From the NCBI GenBank assembly GCA_051362555.1, contig CM120640.1, positions 10,044,001 to 10,108,000 of the forward strand: 64,000 nucleotides of DNA, written 5' to 3'. The position numbers and the translations under genes are program-made. How positions within the stretch are numbered: position 1 is the first letter of the stretch; every line of letters starts with the position of its first letter. Positions 36,585-47,206 of this stretch are shown piece by piece. The notes beneath the pieces are model-generated. The model saw only the letters and a list, made by a program, of their open reading frames with translations. It was not told the origin of the DNA and did not search any database. The DNA comes from Lingula anatina (Eukaryota > Animalia > Brachiopoda).

Positions 36585-39500
36585 ATGAAGACTTGGCAAA
36601 GGATTGTCTCTGCTGTGCTGGGGGTGGTTGGCTTTGTACTGAAGCCTATCACCAACTGCATATTTGCATTAATATATGAGAGACATGCAAGGAAAGTCCC
36701 TCCCATCACAGACAGCATTCTGCTTCAGAGTGGCACTTCACTGGCTAAAAAGATTAGAAAGAGAGAGGTTAGTATGAATTCTCTTTACCAAAATAGATGT
36801 ACATCATCCATTTAAGTAACTGTTAGTTAATGGATTGATGTACATATTTATTTTGGACCAGGTTTCAAGAAGGTGAGCAAGATGCATGGGTCTCAACCCA
36901 TGGTGTTACTCCCTTGCCTTACATTATAAGATAAGAGATGAGATGTGAGACCACTAATATTGTGTGGCATTTGCTGTTATTCATGATGACTGGGGCTTGT
37001 CTCACAAAATAACTTCTACTCCAAAATAGTCCACTGATTCAGAAATGAAATTTTGCACCTGTTTTTAAATTTGAATATTATCTGTGTTAGATCAGTAGCT
37101 ACTCTATTTAAGTTTACTATAACAGAGATATACAGAATTGAATGACTGAAATTGAGGTAAATTTTGGCCTAAAATTCTTTTGTGAAACCAGCCTCTGGCT
37201 ATTACCCACAAGGTATTCACTCAGTTGTGGTATCCGTATATTCTTCACTGGGGTAGCGCTAGGATTTTTTTTTTTTTTTTTGCTTTAGCCAAACTTTTGA
37301 AAAATTTTAGTCTAATCAAAAAATGTTTAGCCAACTTAAAATATTTTTATAGCACATGCTGAACACGCTTTAAGAAACTAATTATTTACAGGCACAACGC
37401 TATTGGGTAAAATCGGCATTGCATCATGGGTCAATTTCTTTATATGGTAAATTGACCTTGCTATAAATAGATTGTATTCTAAACATAATCGGGTGCATGT
37501 TAATGCCGTTTTCAAAGTTGTGACGAACAGTTATGTGAAGTTTGTGTACCTGGCTCGACCAGATATGCTTTGGCCAAATTGTCAGTTAATTTTCGCATTT
37601 GGCGAAATTGGCGAGCGCTAGCGAGACCCCAGCATCATCTCACTTTGAAGTAAAAAAAATTTTAATCATTCTTTTTAGGTCACATCAGAACAAGTTGTTG
37701 AAACCTTTATTAACCGCATTAAAGTCATTAACCCCATTGTCAATGCAGTGGTGTCAGAAAGATTTGAGGATGCCCTAGCAGAAGCCAGAGAGATAGACTC
37801 CATAATTGGTGCTGGAAAACTGGATGAGAGATACTCAGAAGTGAATGCTCCATTCTTGGGGGTTCCTTTTACAACTAAAGAAGCATTTGCTGTTAAAGGT
37901 ATGTTTTAAAAAACCTGCAGCTGCTTTTATGGCATGATCACCCTGCTTGTTAATATTGATGTGTGATGTGGATTTGACTTATCTTAGATGTAATGATAAA
38001 TAGATTCTGTAAACTTGCTAGATTTGTATTTTCATAAAAAAAATGCATTATTACCATTGATAGGCATACATGTAGCTGGTGTTCTGTTTGGTAAGAACTA
38101 ACAAACTACCCAATGCATATTGTCAGTACGCATAGTTGATTGCTAAAAGCATTATTCATTATTTAAAAATGATTCAGTTGTATCTTTTATTTCTAGGTCT
38201 ATCAAATTCATCAGGGTTGAAAAGTAGATCTACCATCATAGCTGATGTTGATGCCCCCGTGATTAAAAATGTCAGAAAAGCTGGTGGCATTCCTCTGTGT
38301 GTGACCAATGTAAGTGAACTATGTATGTGGTGGGAGAGTGCTAACACGGTCTATGGGAGGACAGGGAATCCATATAACAACAGTAGAATCGTAGGAGGGA
38401 GTTCAGGTATGTCAGGCCTGCCTAACTACTAATAAGACAGTTTTATCACTATTTCCACACAATTTTGCAGTTTTGCTGCTGTTTTTCCATGTCCATCTTA
38501 TGTGGGCACATCCCACCTATGAGATTTTTTGTACTTTGGCATAATGTGCACATACATATACATTTTAGGGCCTTCACAGCCCGTTTTCTGCTGGAGCATC
38601 TTTCAGTTAGTACATACTATTATATGAATTTTTCTAGCTATACAACTGACTGGGAACAGTGGTCTTTTACCCAGGTAAGGACAGGCTAGTGTTCTTGGTC
38701 AGCTGGAGATGACTGGACAGGGTGAACTTCCTTAAAGTGTGTTAATCTGTTAATCTGATTGTCTTCAGCAAAACTCCTCGTGGAGTTGGATCGATCTACG
38801 TAGAACAACTGTTTCATGTGGAATAAGTCCAAACTTATTTAAAAAACTTATCATCATCTAGCCTGTGATCATCAGTATGTGTAAATACTCCTGTATGTCC
38901 CAGTCATTGCTAGTCAGTTCAAAGAAAGATTGTAGGGAGGGACTTCTCAAGATACCCTACTGTCACTCTACATAAAAAAAGACATGCTTTCCCAGCCATC
39001 TCCTCTGGAGTTAGGTCTGTGTCTTTTTGCAATGGCCCTATGAAAACCTTTGCTTGGCCAGTTTCATAAACATCATTTTTGCTTATAAAATAATTTGCAA
39101 TTTAATAGGACTGTCTTATCTTTTTATTTCCTAATTAAAGGTGGTGAAGCATGCACCTTGTCAGCAGCAGGCTCCGTGATAGGTGTTGGTTCAGATATTG
39201 GTGGTTCCATTCGCCTGCCTTCTATGTTCTGTGGAATCTTTGGGCACAAGCCTACCTTTGGTAATTATGACTAATGTGTAGAATTAGAATTAATCATTTA
39301 TATTTAATGGTGTTTTTTGAGAATGGTGTAAAATTAAAATCTGCTATAAAATCTGCTTAATCTTTAAATTTAAACAATGTGAAAAACTTTATGCTGAAAT
39401 GTTATTTATTGTACCACCAGCGTTAGCGCTGGCGGTACACATGGTTTCGGTCCCGTCCGGATCGTTCCGCCGGCTCCGCCGGCTCCGCCGGCTCCGTTGG

Positions 39501-42500
39501 CTCCGCCGGCTCCGCCGGACGGCTACCGTTACCGCTTCTCCTCCTAGACGGTAAGGGCCCCCGTACCCATCTCATGGATTTAGGTCACCTATAATCTCAA
39601 CTCGTTCCACGTAAAATTTGGGCTTTGTCGGTATTGGGGTCTGGGTGTGGCACTCATTGCAATGCACCCTTGTCTAAAAATGGCAAAATTAAATGCTAAT
39701 TATCTACCCTTCGGAAGGAGTTATGGGAAAAATTTCTATAGACAGCTTTCCAAAAGTCATATGTGTAGATTTCAAATATACCCTTGGATTTGACCTTTGA
39801 CCTTTACTTCAAGGTCAAATGGGCCAAAATTTTCAAAAAAATGAAATTTTTTACGAAAAAAATTTTTTTTGCCCTGTTATTCAGACACCACACAGACTTA
39901 ACCAATAATATTATTGGAAAGTGTTACCCTTCAGGTCATCTTTCATCTCCATGAATTTGGGGTCAATCGGTGCATTTTCACGGGAGTATCGGCCATAAGA
40001 TACCGAAACTGAAAACTGTCTCTAATTCGGGAACCGTTAATGCTAGAGACCCATTCTTTTTTGCATTTTGTAGAGCATGTAAAGCCCAACACTGGAGGTG
40101 GTCTCGGTTTTTTTGTATTCCATACGGTTTTCGAGTTACGCTGTATCAAAAAGTACATATTGGTGGTAAAAGCAAAATGTGCAGTACGGTAATGGATAAT
40201 AAATTTTGAACTCTGGAAAAATAAAACATAAGGCTTGGCAAAGCAGACAACTTGTGTTCAAAAATGACATTATTTCATCAAATTTGAACTTCTGAAACTT
40301 CAGAGCACCTCCTATTTCAAGAATTTTGACCAAAATGACATTTTCTTTGTTTTAATTAATTTTTTCTGTACGAAATTTAAGGCACATTATGGTAACTCCA
40401 AAATTATAACATTTAGTCCCTTATATCTCCAAAACTGGCAGAGATAGGTCCATAGTTACTATTGAAGTTGAATAGGAAGTCATATACTGGCAATCTTACT
40501 ATGACCTTGAAAGTGACCTTTGACCTACTTTTCACCATGAACTGAACTTTGCAAATTTTTCTTCCCTTTTATCTCCAAAACTGGCAGAGATAGGTCCATA
40601 GTTACTATTGAACTTGAATAGGAAGTCATATACTGGCATTATAAATGTGACCTTAAAATTGACCTTTGACCTACTTTTCACCATAAACTGAACTTTGCAA
40701 AATTTGCTTCCCTTTTATCTCCAAAACTGGCAGAGATAGGTCCATAGTTACTATTGAACTTGAATAGGAAGTCATATACTGGCAATCTAAATGTGACCTT
40801 AAAATTGACCTTTGACCTACTTTACACCATGAACTGAATTTTGCAAATTTTGCTTTCCTTTTATCTCCAAAACTGGCAGAGATAGGTCCATAGTTACTAT
40901 TGAACTTGAATAGGAAGTCATATACTGGCAATCTAAATGTGACCTTGAAATTGACCTTTGACCTACTTTTCACCATGAACTGAACTTTGCAAATTTTGCT
41001 TTCCTTTTATCTCCAAAACTGGCAGAGATAGGTCCATAGTTACTATTGAACTTGAAAAGGAAGTCATATACTAGCAATCTAAATGTGACCTTAAAATTGA
41101 CCTTTGACCTACTTTACACCATGAACTGAACTTTGCAAATTTTGCTTCCCTTTTATCTCCAAAACTGGCAGAGATAGGTCCATAGTTACTCTTGAACTTG
41201 AATAGGAAGTCATATACTGGAAATTTACTGTGACCTTGAAATTGACCCTTGACCTACCTTACGAAGAACTTAAATTTGATTGTACCATATATATTTTTTG
41301 CAATAGTTTAAAAATTCTTGTTGATTGCATTTTTACAGCTTGTCAAGCACAAAACTGGTGGCTGTGTCCCTTATTTTGTGTATGTGGGGGTCTATACGAA
41401 TGCGCTTGCTCCAGCTGGTGGTACAATATTCGGAGGCGGTATCGCCTCTCTGATCCTCTAGTTTTTCAAATATTGACTTCTGGTATTTATTAGGTATAGT
41501 AAACAATGATGGGCAATATCCTAATGCCACTGCAAAAGAAAAAGACTACCTAGTGACGGGACCCATGTGCAGATATGCTTGTGACCTCAAACCTATGTTA
41601 AAGATATTAGCTGGTGACAAGGGAGCAAAATTAAAACTGGACCAAGAGGTAAAAAATTGAAATAGTGATGGATGATCAATCTTTTATTGATTGATTGGTT
41701 GGTTGATTGATTGGGGGGGGGGGGGCATCTTTCAACACTGTAGAGTCAGCAAAGGAAAATGTCAGCATGTTCACTGCACAGACAGCTTTACATCAAAAAA
41801 ATATATATGTAATGACTTGATCTTGTCAATGGGCAAAAATTATCAATATTTCAGATACATAATTTAAGGATCATAAAAATTATATTTCTGTCTAGCATTT
41901 GTGGTGCTTTAATGCATAGAATTGTACTATAGGGTAGCCTGCTTTTCAATTTTGTTGCTACCACCACATAGGAAAGTTTTAATTTTAAAAAATTATGACA
42001 AAAAATACAGTAAGTGTAAAATTTATTATTTCCCCCATTGAAAAGATTGTCATTACCATATATATGGAAAACAAAAACTAGGAATTGACTGTAGCATTGT
42101 CTGCTTAAAGCATTTAGACTTCACAATCTATTAGAGTTGATCATAACAGGGAGTGTATCTAAAATAGTTCATGCTATATTTCCACACCACATATTTGAGT
42201 CCTGTGCAAGCATTGTCAAGTCTTTATTCTGTTTTTAATTACACCACACTGAAAAGGTTTTTATTTATTTTTTTCACTAACTGAAATTATTTCCAACAGG
42301 AAGATATAAGAAAGCTGCGCTATTTCACCATGGAAGATGATGGCGGGGATATGTTAGTCAACTCTGTGGATTCTGAAATTAGAGCAACACAAAGAGAGGT
42401 AATGGTTGCATTGAATTGGAATACTAACTTTGATGGGTCCTAGTATAACCTAATTCAGTAAAGATGTATTTCACTAGTATATGTCCTTGTTTTAGAATTT

Positions 42501-43341
42501 GAAATATACAAAAGATTATCTTACAGAAAAGAAGGAAAGATTTTTAGTTCTAAGTTTTAATGTATGAACATTTTTTACTTCTGTGACATTTATTACATCT
42601 ATGACTTTTTCCTAGCTTGTAAAAATATACTAACAGTTTCAGAGTGTCTGTTATCTACATTTTATTTTATTTATTTATTTTTTTTTTTTTTTTGTTGTTT
42701 GTTTGTTTGGCAGTCAAATCCTCAGCTTATTTACATAGATTTTTTTTCTTTTACAGCTTGTCAAGAAACTTACTGAGAGCCTAGGGGTAACTGTTCAACC
42801 TGTCCAGCTCAGCAAACTCAAGTATTCTCTTGAGATGTGGGAGGCCAAGATGTCCACTTGTGGAGGTACAACATTCTGTGAGCTTATGGGGAATGGTGTG
42901 CCAGTCAACCCCTATCTGGAATTCATCAAGTGGTTGGCAGGACTTTCCAATCACACCCTACCTGCTATTAGTCTTGGCATGACAGAGAAATTGGGGAGGC
43001 TTTTTCCAGAGAAACAGAAAAAGGCTATAAGTATATGTGAGAAGCTGAAAGAAGAATTCCAGGAGTTACTCGGAGACAACGGAGTATTGATATATCCCAC
43101 ACAACCCCGAGTGGCTCCATACCACAACCAGCCATTGTTAATGCCATTCAATTTTGCTTATACTGGAGTGTTTAATGTGTTAGGCTTGCCTGTCACTCAG
43201 TGCCCTGTTGGGCTGAATAGTGAAGGTTTACCTATGGGTATACAGTTGGTGGGCAGTCTGTATAGTGACAGGCTGACCATAGCTGTAGCACAAGAAGTGG
43301 AGAAACTTATGGGTGGCTGGCAACCACAAATTAGAGGATAA
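36585..43341 (+). CDS. FAAH2: Fatty acid amide hydrolase 2-like amidase, 7 coding exons
   Basis: Exons 36585-36767, 37679-37898, 38197-38406, 39141-39260, 41494-41648, 42300-42398, 42757-43341. Amidase signature: [13 protein letters not shown] (catalytic Lys), [30 protein letters not shown] (Ser-cisSer), GIFGHKPT, and C-terminal [26 protein letters not shown]-terminal hydrophobic helix as in FAAH2. Confidence 0.9.
36992..37195. mobile_element. Possible small MITE
   Basis: Imperfect terminal inverted repeats GGGGCTTGTCTCACAAAA / TTTTGTGAAACCAGCCTC. Confidence 0.4.
37248..37632. mobile_element. MITE (hAT-like termini) in a FAAH2 intron
   Basis: Inverted ends CTGGGGTAGCGCTAG / CTAGCGAGACCCCAG. 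Subterminal TTTAGCCAA / TTGGCGA motifs. CpG retained relative to the flanks. Confidence 0.55.
39409..41461 (+). mobile_element. Non-autonomous Helentron/Helitron-like HINE element, copy B (2053 bp)
   Basis: 5' TTGTACCACCAGCG-TTAG-CGCTGGCGGTACA hairpin; (CCGGCTCCG)n microsatellite (~39467-39516); 146-bp array (~5.7 units, ~40415-41270); subTIR GCTGGTGGTACAAT (41414-41427); hairpin GAGGCG-GTAT-CGCCTC; 3' CTAG then TTTTT. A|T insertion. No Rep/helicase coding capacity. Confidence 0.88.
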
Positions 43342-45745
43342 AATACTATCACCAAATTTATTAAATATAAAAATAAGAATCAGTTATTTTTCCTGCATAC
43401 ACTGGTACTTAAAGATTCAGTGACAGATCACTTAACTAAATTGTTCTAAATTATGATATCATTGTTGCCAGCATTTTGAAACAGGTCCTGATAATGTAAT
43501 CATATTGCTTATATGTCATTATATTGTGCCAAATCCGAGCAAGATAAAACCTTGTAATTTATTGTTTGTGCCTAGATTGTTCGAGGACAGTAAATTATTT
43601 ATTGTCGACATGTAATGGAAATCTCAATGCCATACAAATATTAGAACACTATGAATTTTTTTTTTCTATAGACTGTTTTGTGAGTTTTAAGTTTTCAATA
43701 TTTGAGACTTTTTTGTAGTGTAAATCAGGATTGGTAGTTAACTCATGTAATGGTAGAAATGACAAACTAAGAGCTCAAGCATGGGTTAACGTTGTAATTT
43801 TTCTCTGTGGTTTTAGATAGGGTGTACCTTTATGGTAAATAGAAAATTACTGAAAGTACTAGAAAGGTTTTTCTGTATAAAGATCTAACACACCTTGCAG
43901 GTCTTTAATGATGGGAAAAGTATCTCTACTGAAAAGATCTCTCTTTCAGACCATTTTGGAAACTTAACTATATTTTAGAACTTCAAAATCTCTTAAGGGT
44001 TGATGTACCCTGAGCTTCAGGTCCAATGGGTGCTAACTTCTTTATTTTCAAACCTCTATATCATCTCAGGCCAGATTGAGGAGTTCATCTCATTGAAAGA
44101 GTTTACATTGTCTAGGTCCCCATTATTTTTTAATTTTTTATTTATTTTTTTTTTTTTTCAGAAAAAGCTGGTATGATAAAAAAGGTAGAATTGATTGGTT
44201 TGGTACATAAAGAAGTGAATTATTGCATTAAACAAATTTATGCCTATCTTTTGCTGCAGTGACTCAGTATTTTCAGTTTCAGATTTTAAGTAATGAAAAG
44301 TTTCATTAAAAGCACTGTGATAAATGAATTTGGAGGTGGGACATGAAAGTGTTTATTACTGATATATTTATTTAGTACACTTTTTTATTCCAATATAGTA
44401 CTTAATTATACACATAATATGTTTATTTCACAAAATGTCATTTTTTAACTGTGGAAGTCAGTTTGACTTTAAAATTGGTTTGTGTGAATAATTTGATTAA
44501 GATTTGTAAAACAGAGCAAAAAGAGTAAAATATTGGGAATAAGATAGATAAGCAGTTTGTACGGGTAAGATGAAATAGTTACCAGGATTATTGAAGCACA
44601 CATGCTAAGACCTTTTAATGTTCCAAAAAATGTACACCAGTGAAAAACTTTACAGTTAAGCATTTTGTGTTGTATGTGCTAAATGTAAAATTTAAAGTCA
44701 ACCTACTTAATAGTGCTGTATAATTTATTTGATTCAGTAAACATGTAAATGAAAAGCTTTTTTTCTTTTTGTATCATGAGTAAGGGAGTAATTAAAGGTC
44801 AACTCCATGGGATTTACCTTCCAAAATGGATTTTCCCAAGGAAATAAGCAATTATTCATTTTCACAAATCATTTATCTATACCTCTCTTCACTTGGATTC
44901 TACCATAGCTACTTCTCTGATTCTACCTTGAATTGAACATAAAGGTTGATTTAGTTTAAAATGACTTGCCAGTCATCATAACAGGGACAATCTCCCTAAG
45001 CTCCTCTGGAAATATCAATTACAGGTTCACTCCAGCAAAATATTTTGTAAGAGGTTAAATCATTTTTAAGGTGTATGTACCAGTAAGGTTTTATAAGAAG
45101 CTGCAGATGGCAAAAATAAGCATTTGGTGGATTTTCAAACCCATGAAGTGTACCTTTGAATGTTAAAATTAGGAATAAAAGCTAATATGCATTTTACTTG
45201 CTTATAAAAACAACTTTTGATTAGTTATATTTTAAAAATGTTTAATTAACTCAAACCCATGTTAATATGTTTTAAACTTCATTTATTTTTGTCTATAACT
45301 GGCATTACTGACAACATCAAAACTAGCAATAACATGGTATGCAAAAAGTAACATCGGTATACTAGTATATATATATATACAAGTAAGTACATTTCATGTG
45401 TGTTCAGTACCAGACTGCAACCATCTTGATGAAATTCGTTTTCTTAATTTATTTACTGAATGTAGCTGGACTTTCACAGCATATCCATTCATACCACAGG
45501 TACACATACAAATCACTCCGAGTTCCAGTCCTATCAAAGGTCTGTCTATTACATTCAAGAACTTTCAAAAGTTTTGTTTACTATCTCTGTTTTAGCATTC
45601 ATCAACTTGTGCATGTTTCTTAGCATCTCAATGACAGCATAATACTAACTGGACAATATATAATAATCTTATCTGTAGAGTGTAGCACTTTCAGGTTAAG
45701 TGTGACAGCACAGATAGGGAGTTATCCAAGGCTTGCCAAAAGTTT

Positions 45746-45974
45746 GGACCAGTTTCCAGTGAAATTGGATCCATTCAACTGTGTGCAATCTCAACAGGCA
45801 CTGTGATTATGATTATTTTACATAAAAGATATCGATCTAATGGTCTGGTGTATGCCTTGATTGCTACGGCGATACTAGAGGATTATATTGGCTTCTTTTA
45901 GTTTAATTCGTATACAGCCTGCCAACTGAGATAGTGCTTAGTCAGGCCAAGCCAACTTAACTGGAAACAGGTCC
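45746..45974. mobile_element. Possible PIF/Harbinger-like MITE
   Basis: Inverted ends GGACCAGTTTCCAGTGAAATTGG / CCAACTTAACTGGAAACAGGTCC (reverse complement GGACCTGTTTCCAGTTAAGTTGG). Confidence 0.5.
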
Positions 45975-46402
45975 TAAAAGCTAATGGTCTAATAAAACCA
46001 TTGTCAGAAACTCGAGTCATTTCACCTGAAGTTTGCTGCTGATAATCAAACAAAAATCAAAAGTAAGTTAACTTGAAAACAAGTTTACAAGATATTAACC
46101 AGTATATATTGAGCACTTTGAATAAGATCCATAAAAGATAAAAGAAACATTTAAGACATTTTGTCAAAACTGGCAAGAAGTTACAATGAATCATTGTAAT
46201 TTTTATTATTTTTAAAGATGCCTTTCAAGAAGATGGAATCCCAATGAAAAATGTAATTCCAATCTAAATCCAAAAGTATGTTTGAGAAAAACGGGAGAAA
46301 AAAAATGAAATTGACTTGTTTGTGCTATGATGATAAAAAACTTCTTAGAATGTAAATTTTAACAATTTGAAATGACAGAGTTGTCTCAGTGCTTTGTTTT
46401 CT

Positions 46403-47206
46403 TTAATAACAGTCATTTCCAGATGTCTGTGTTTCTGTTGTTGCTGCTGTCTCTAGCTTATGTTCTGTGGACACATTGCCCAACAATGCCAAAAGTTCTT
46501 CAGTCAAACCGGCCATTGAGGGATTGTTCTGTACAAGTAATGCCAGCTGATATGCATATTCAGAGAAAGGATCCTGCCCATTATCAAGATCCTCTTCATC
46601 AGAGCAACTGTCGTATTCATCATCATCATCATCATCACCATTCATTTCTTCATCATCACTTACATTTGTTCTTAAATCTGAGAGTTTTGATAATTCTGCG
46701 TATATCCTAGAATGAAGTTCCTGTTGTGATGAAGATGAGGAAGCTGAGGATGAGGATGGCTGTACGTGATCTGGAATTACTGTGGACTCTTGGATTGCAC
46801 TTGTCTCTGAATTAAAACCATAGCTCATATTATTGTGAGTCTGTGGGACAACCATGGAACCAACTGCTCCTGGATTATTGTAAAATGAAAAATTGTGTCC
46901 ACCATCCCAATGAAAAACATTTTGGGAGAATGGTATATTTGCTGCCAGCAGCTTTTTTTGCTCTACAAGATGTTGTTGAAGCCCTACCACCAGGGGATCA
47001 GTCTGAGGAATATTTTCAACTTCTGCTAAATATCGCATTGCCTCCTCCATGCAGTCTTGGTAACCAGCCAGGTAAGAATTATGGGATGCCAATATGGCCG
47101 TTGAGGTGAATTCACTCTCTTGGTTAGCTGTGGTTGTACAGTGGGGTGATGGTGTACCAGATGTACCTTCATTGTGACCCTGCTGCAGTTGACAATTGTT
47201 TTGCAT
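46403..47206 (-). CDS. Orange-domain protein (HEY/clockwork-orange-like Orange helix pair), apparently without bHLH; acidic C-terminal region
   Basis: Open exon after acceptor TTTCAG at 47219; first in-frame ATG at 47206 (267 aa). YLAGYQDCMEEAMRYLAEVENIPQTDPLVVGLQQHL fits the Orange pattern G(F/Y)xxCxxExxRYL...DPL..L..HL. A Ser tract, an Asp/Glu tract and the helix YQLALLVQNNPSMAGLTEELLALL follow. Minus-strand AATAAA at ~45282. Confidence 0.72.
   Translation of the reverse strand: MQNNCQLQQGHNEGTSGTPSPHCTTTANQESEFTSTAILASHNSYLAGYQDCMEEAMRYLAEVENIPQTDPLVVGLQQHLVEQKKLLAANIPFSQNVFHWDGGHNFSFYNNPGAVGSMVVPQTHNNMSYGFNSETSAIQESTVIPDHVQPSSSSASSSSSQQELHSRIYAELSKLSDLRTNVSDDEEMNGDDDDDDEYDSCSDEEDLDNGQDPFSEYAYQLALLVQNNPSMAGLTEELLALLGNVSTEHKLETAATTETQTSGNDCY

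Noticed and set aside
38635-38915. Weak inverted repeat (ACTGACTGGGA / TCCCAGTCA) in a FAAH2 intron as a MITE
   Set aside because: The match is too short and the boundaries are unclear.
40415-41270. Regular 146-bp array as a CRISPR-like locus
   Set aside because: Units are similar along their full length with no unique spacers, there are no cas genes, the context is eukaryotic, and the array is internal to a HINE.
46372-46710. Poly-His ORF on the plus strand
   Set aside because: It is the antisense shadow of the (GAT)n Asp tract of the Orange-domain gene.
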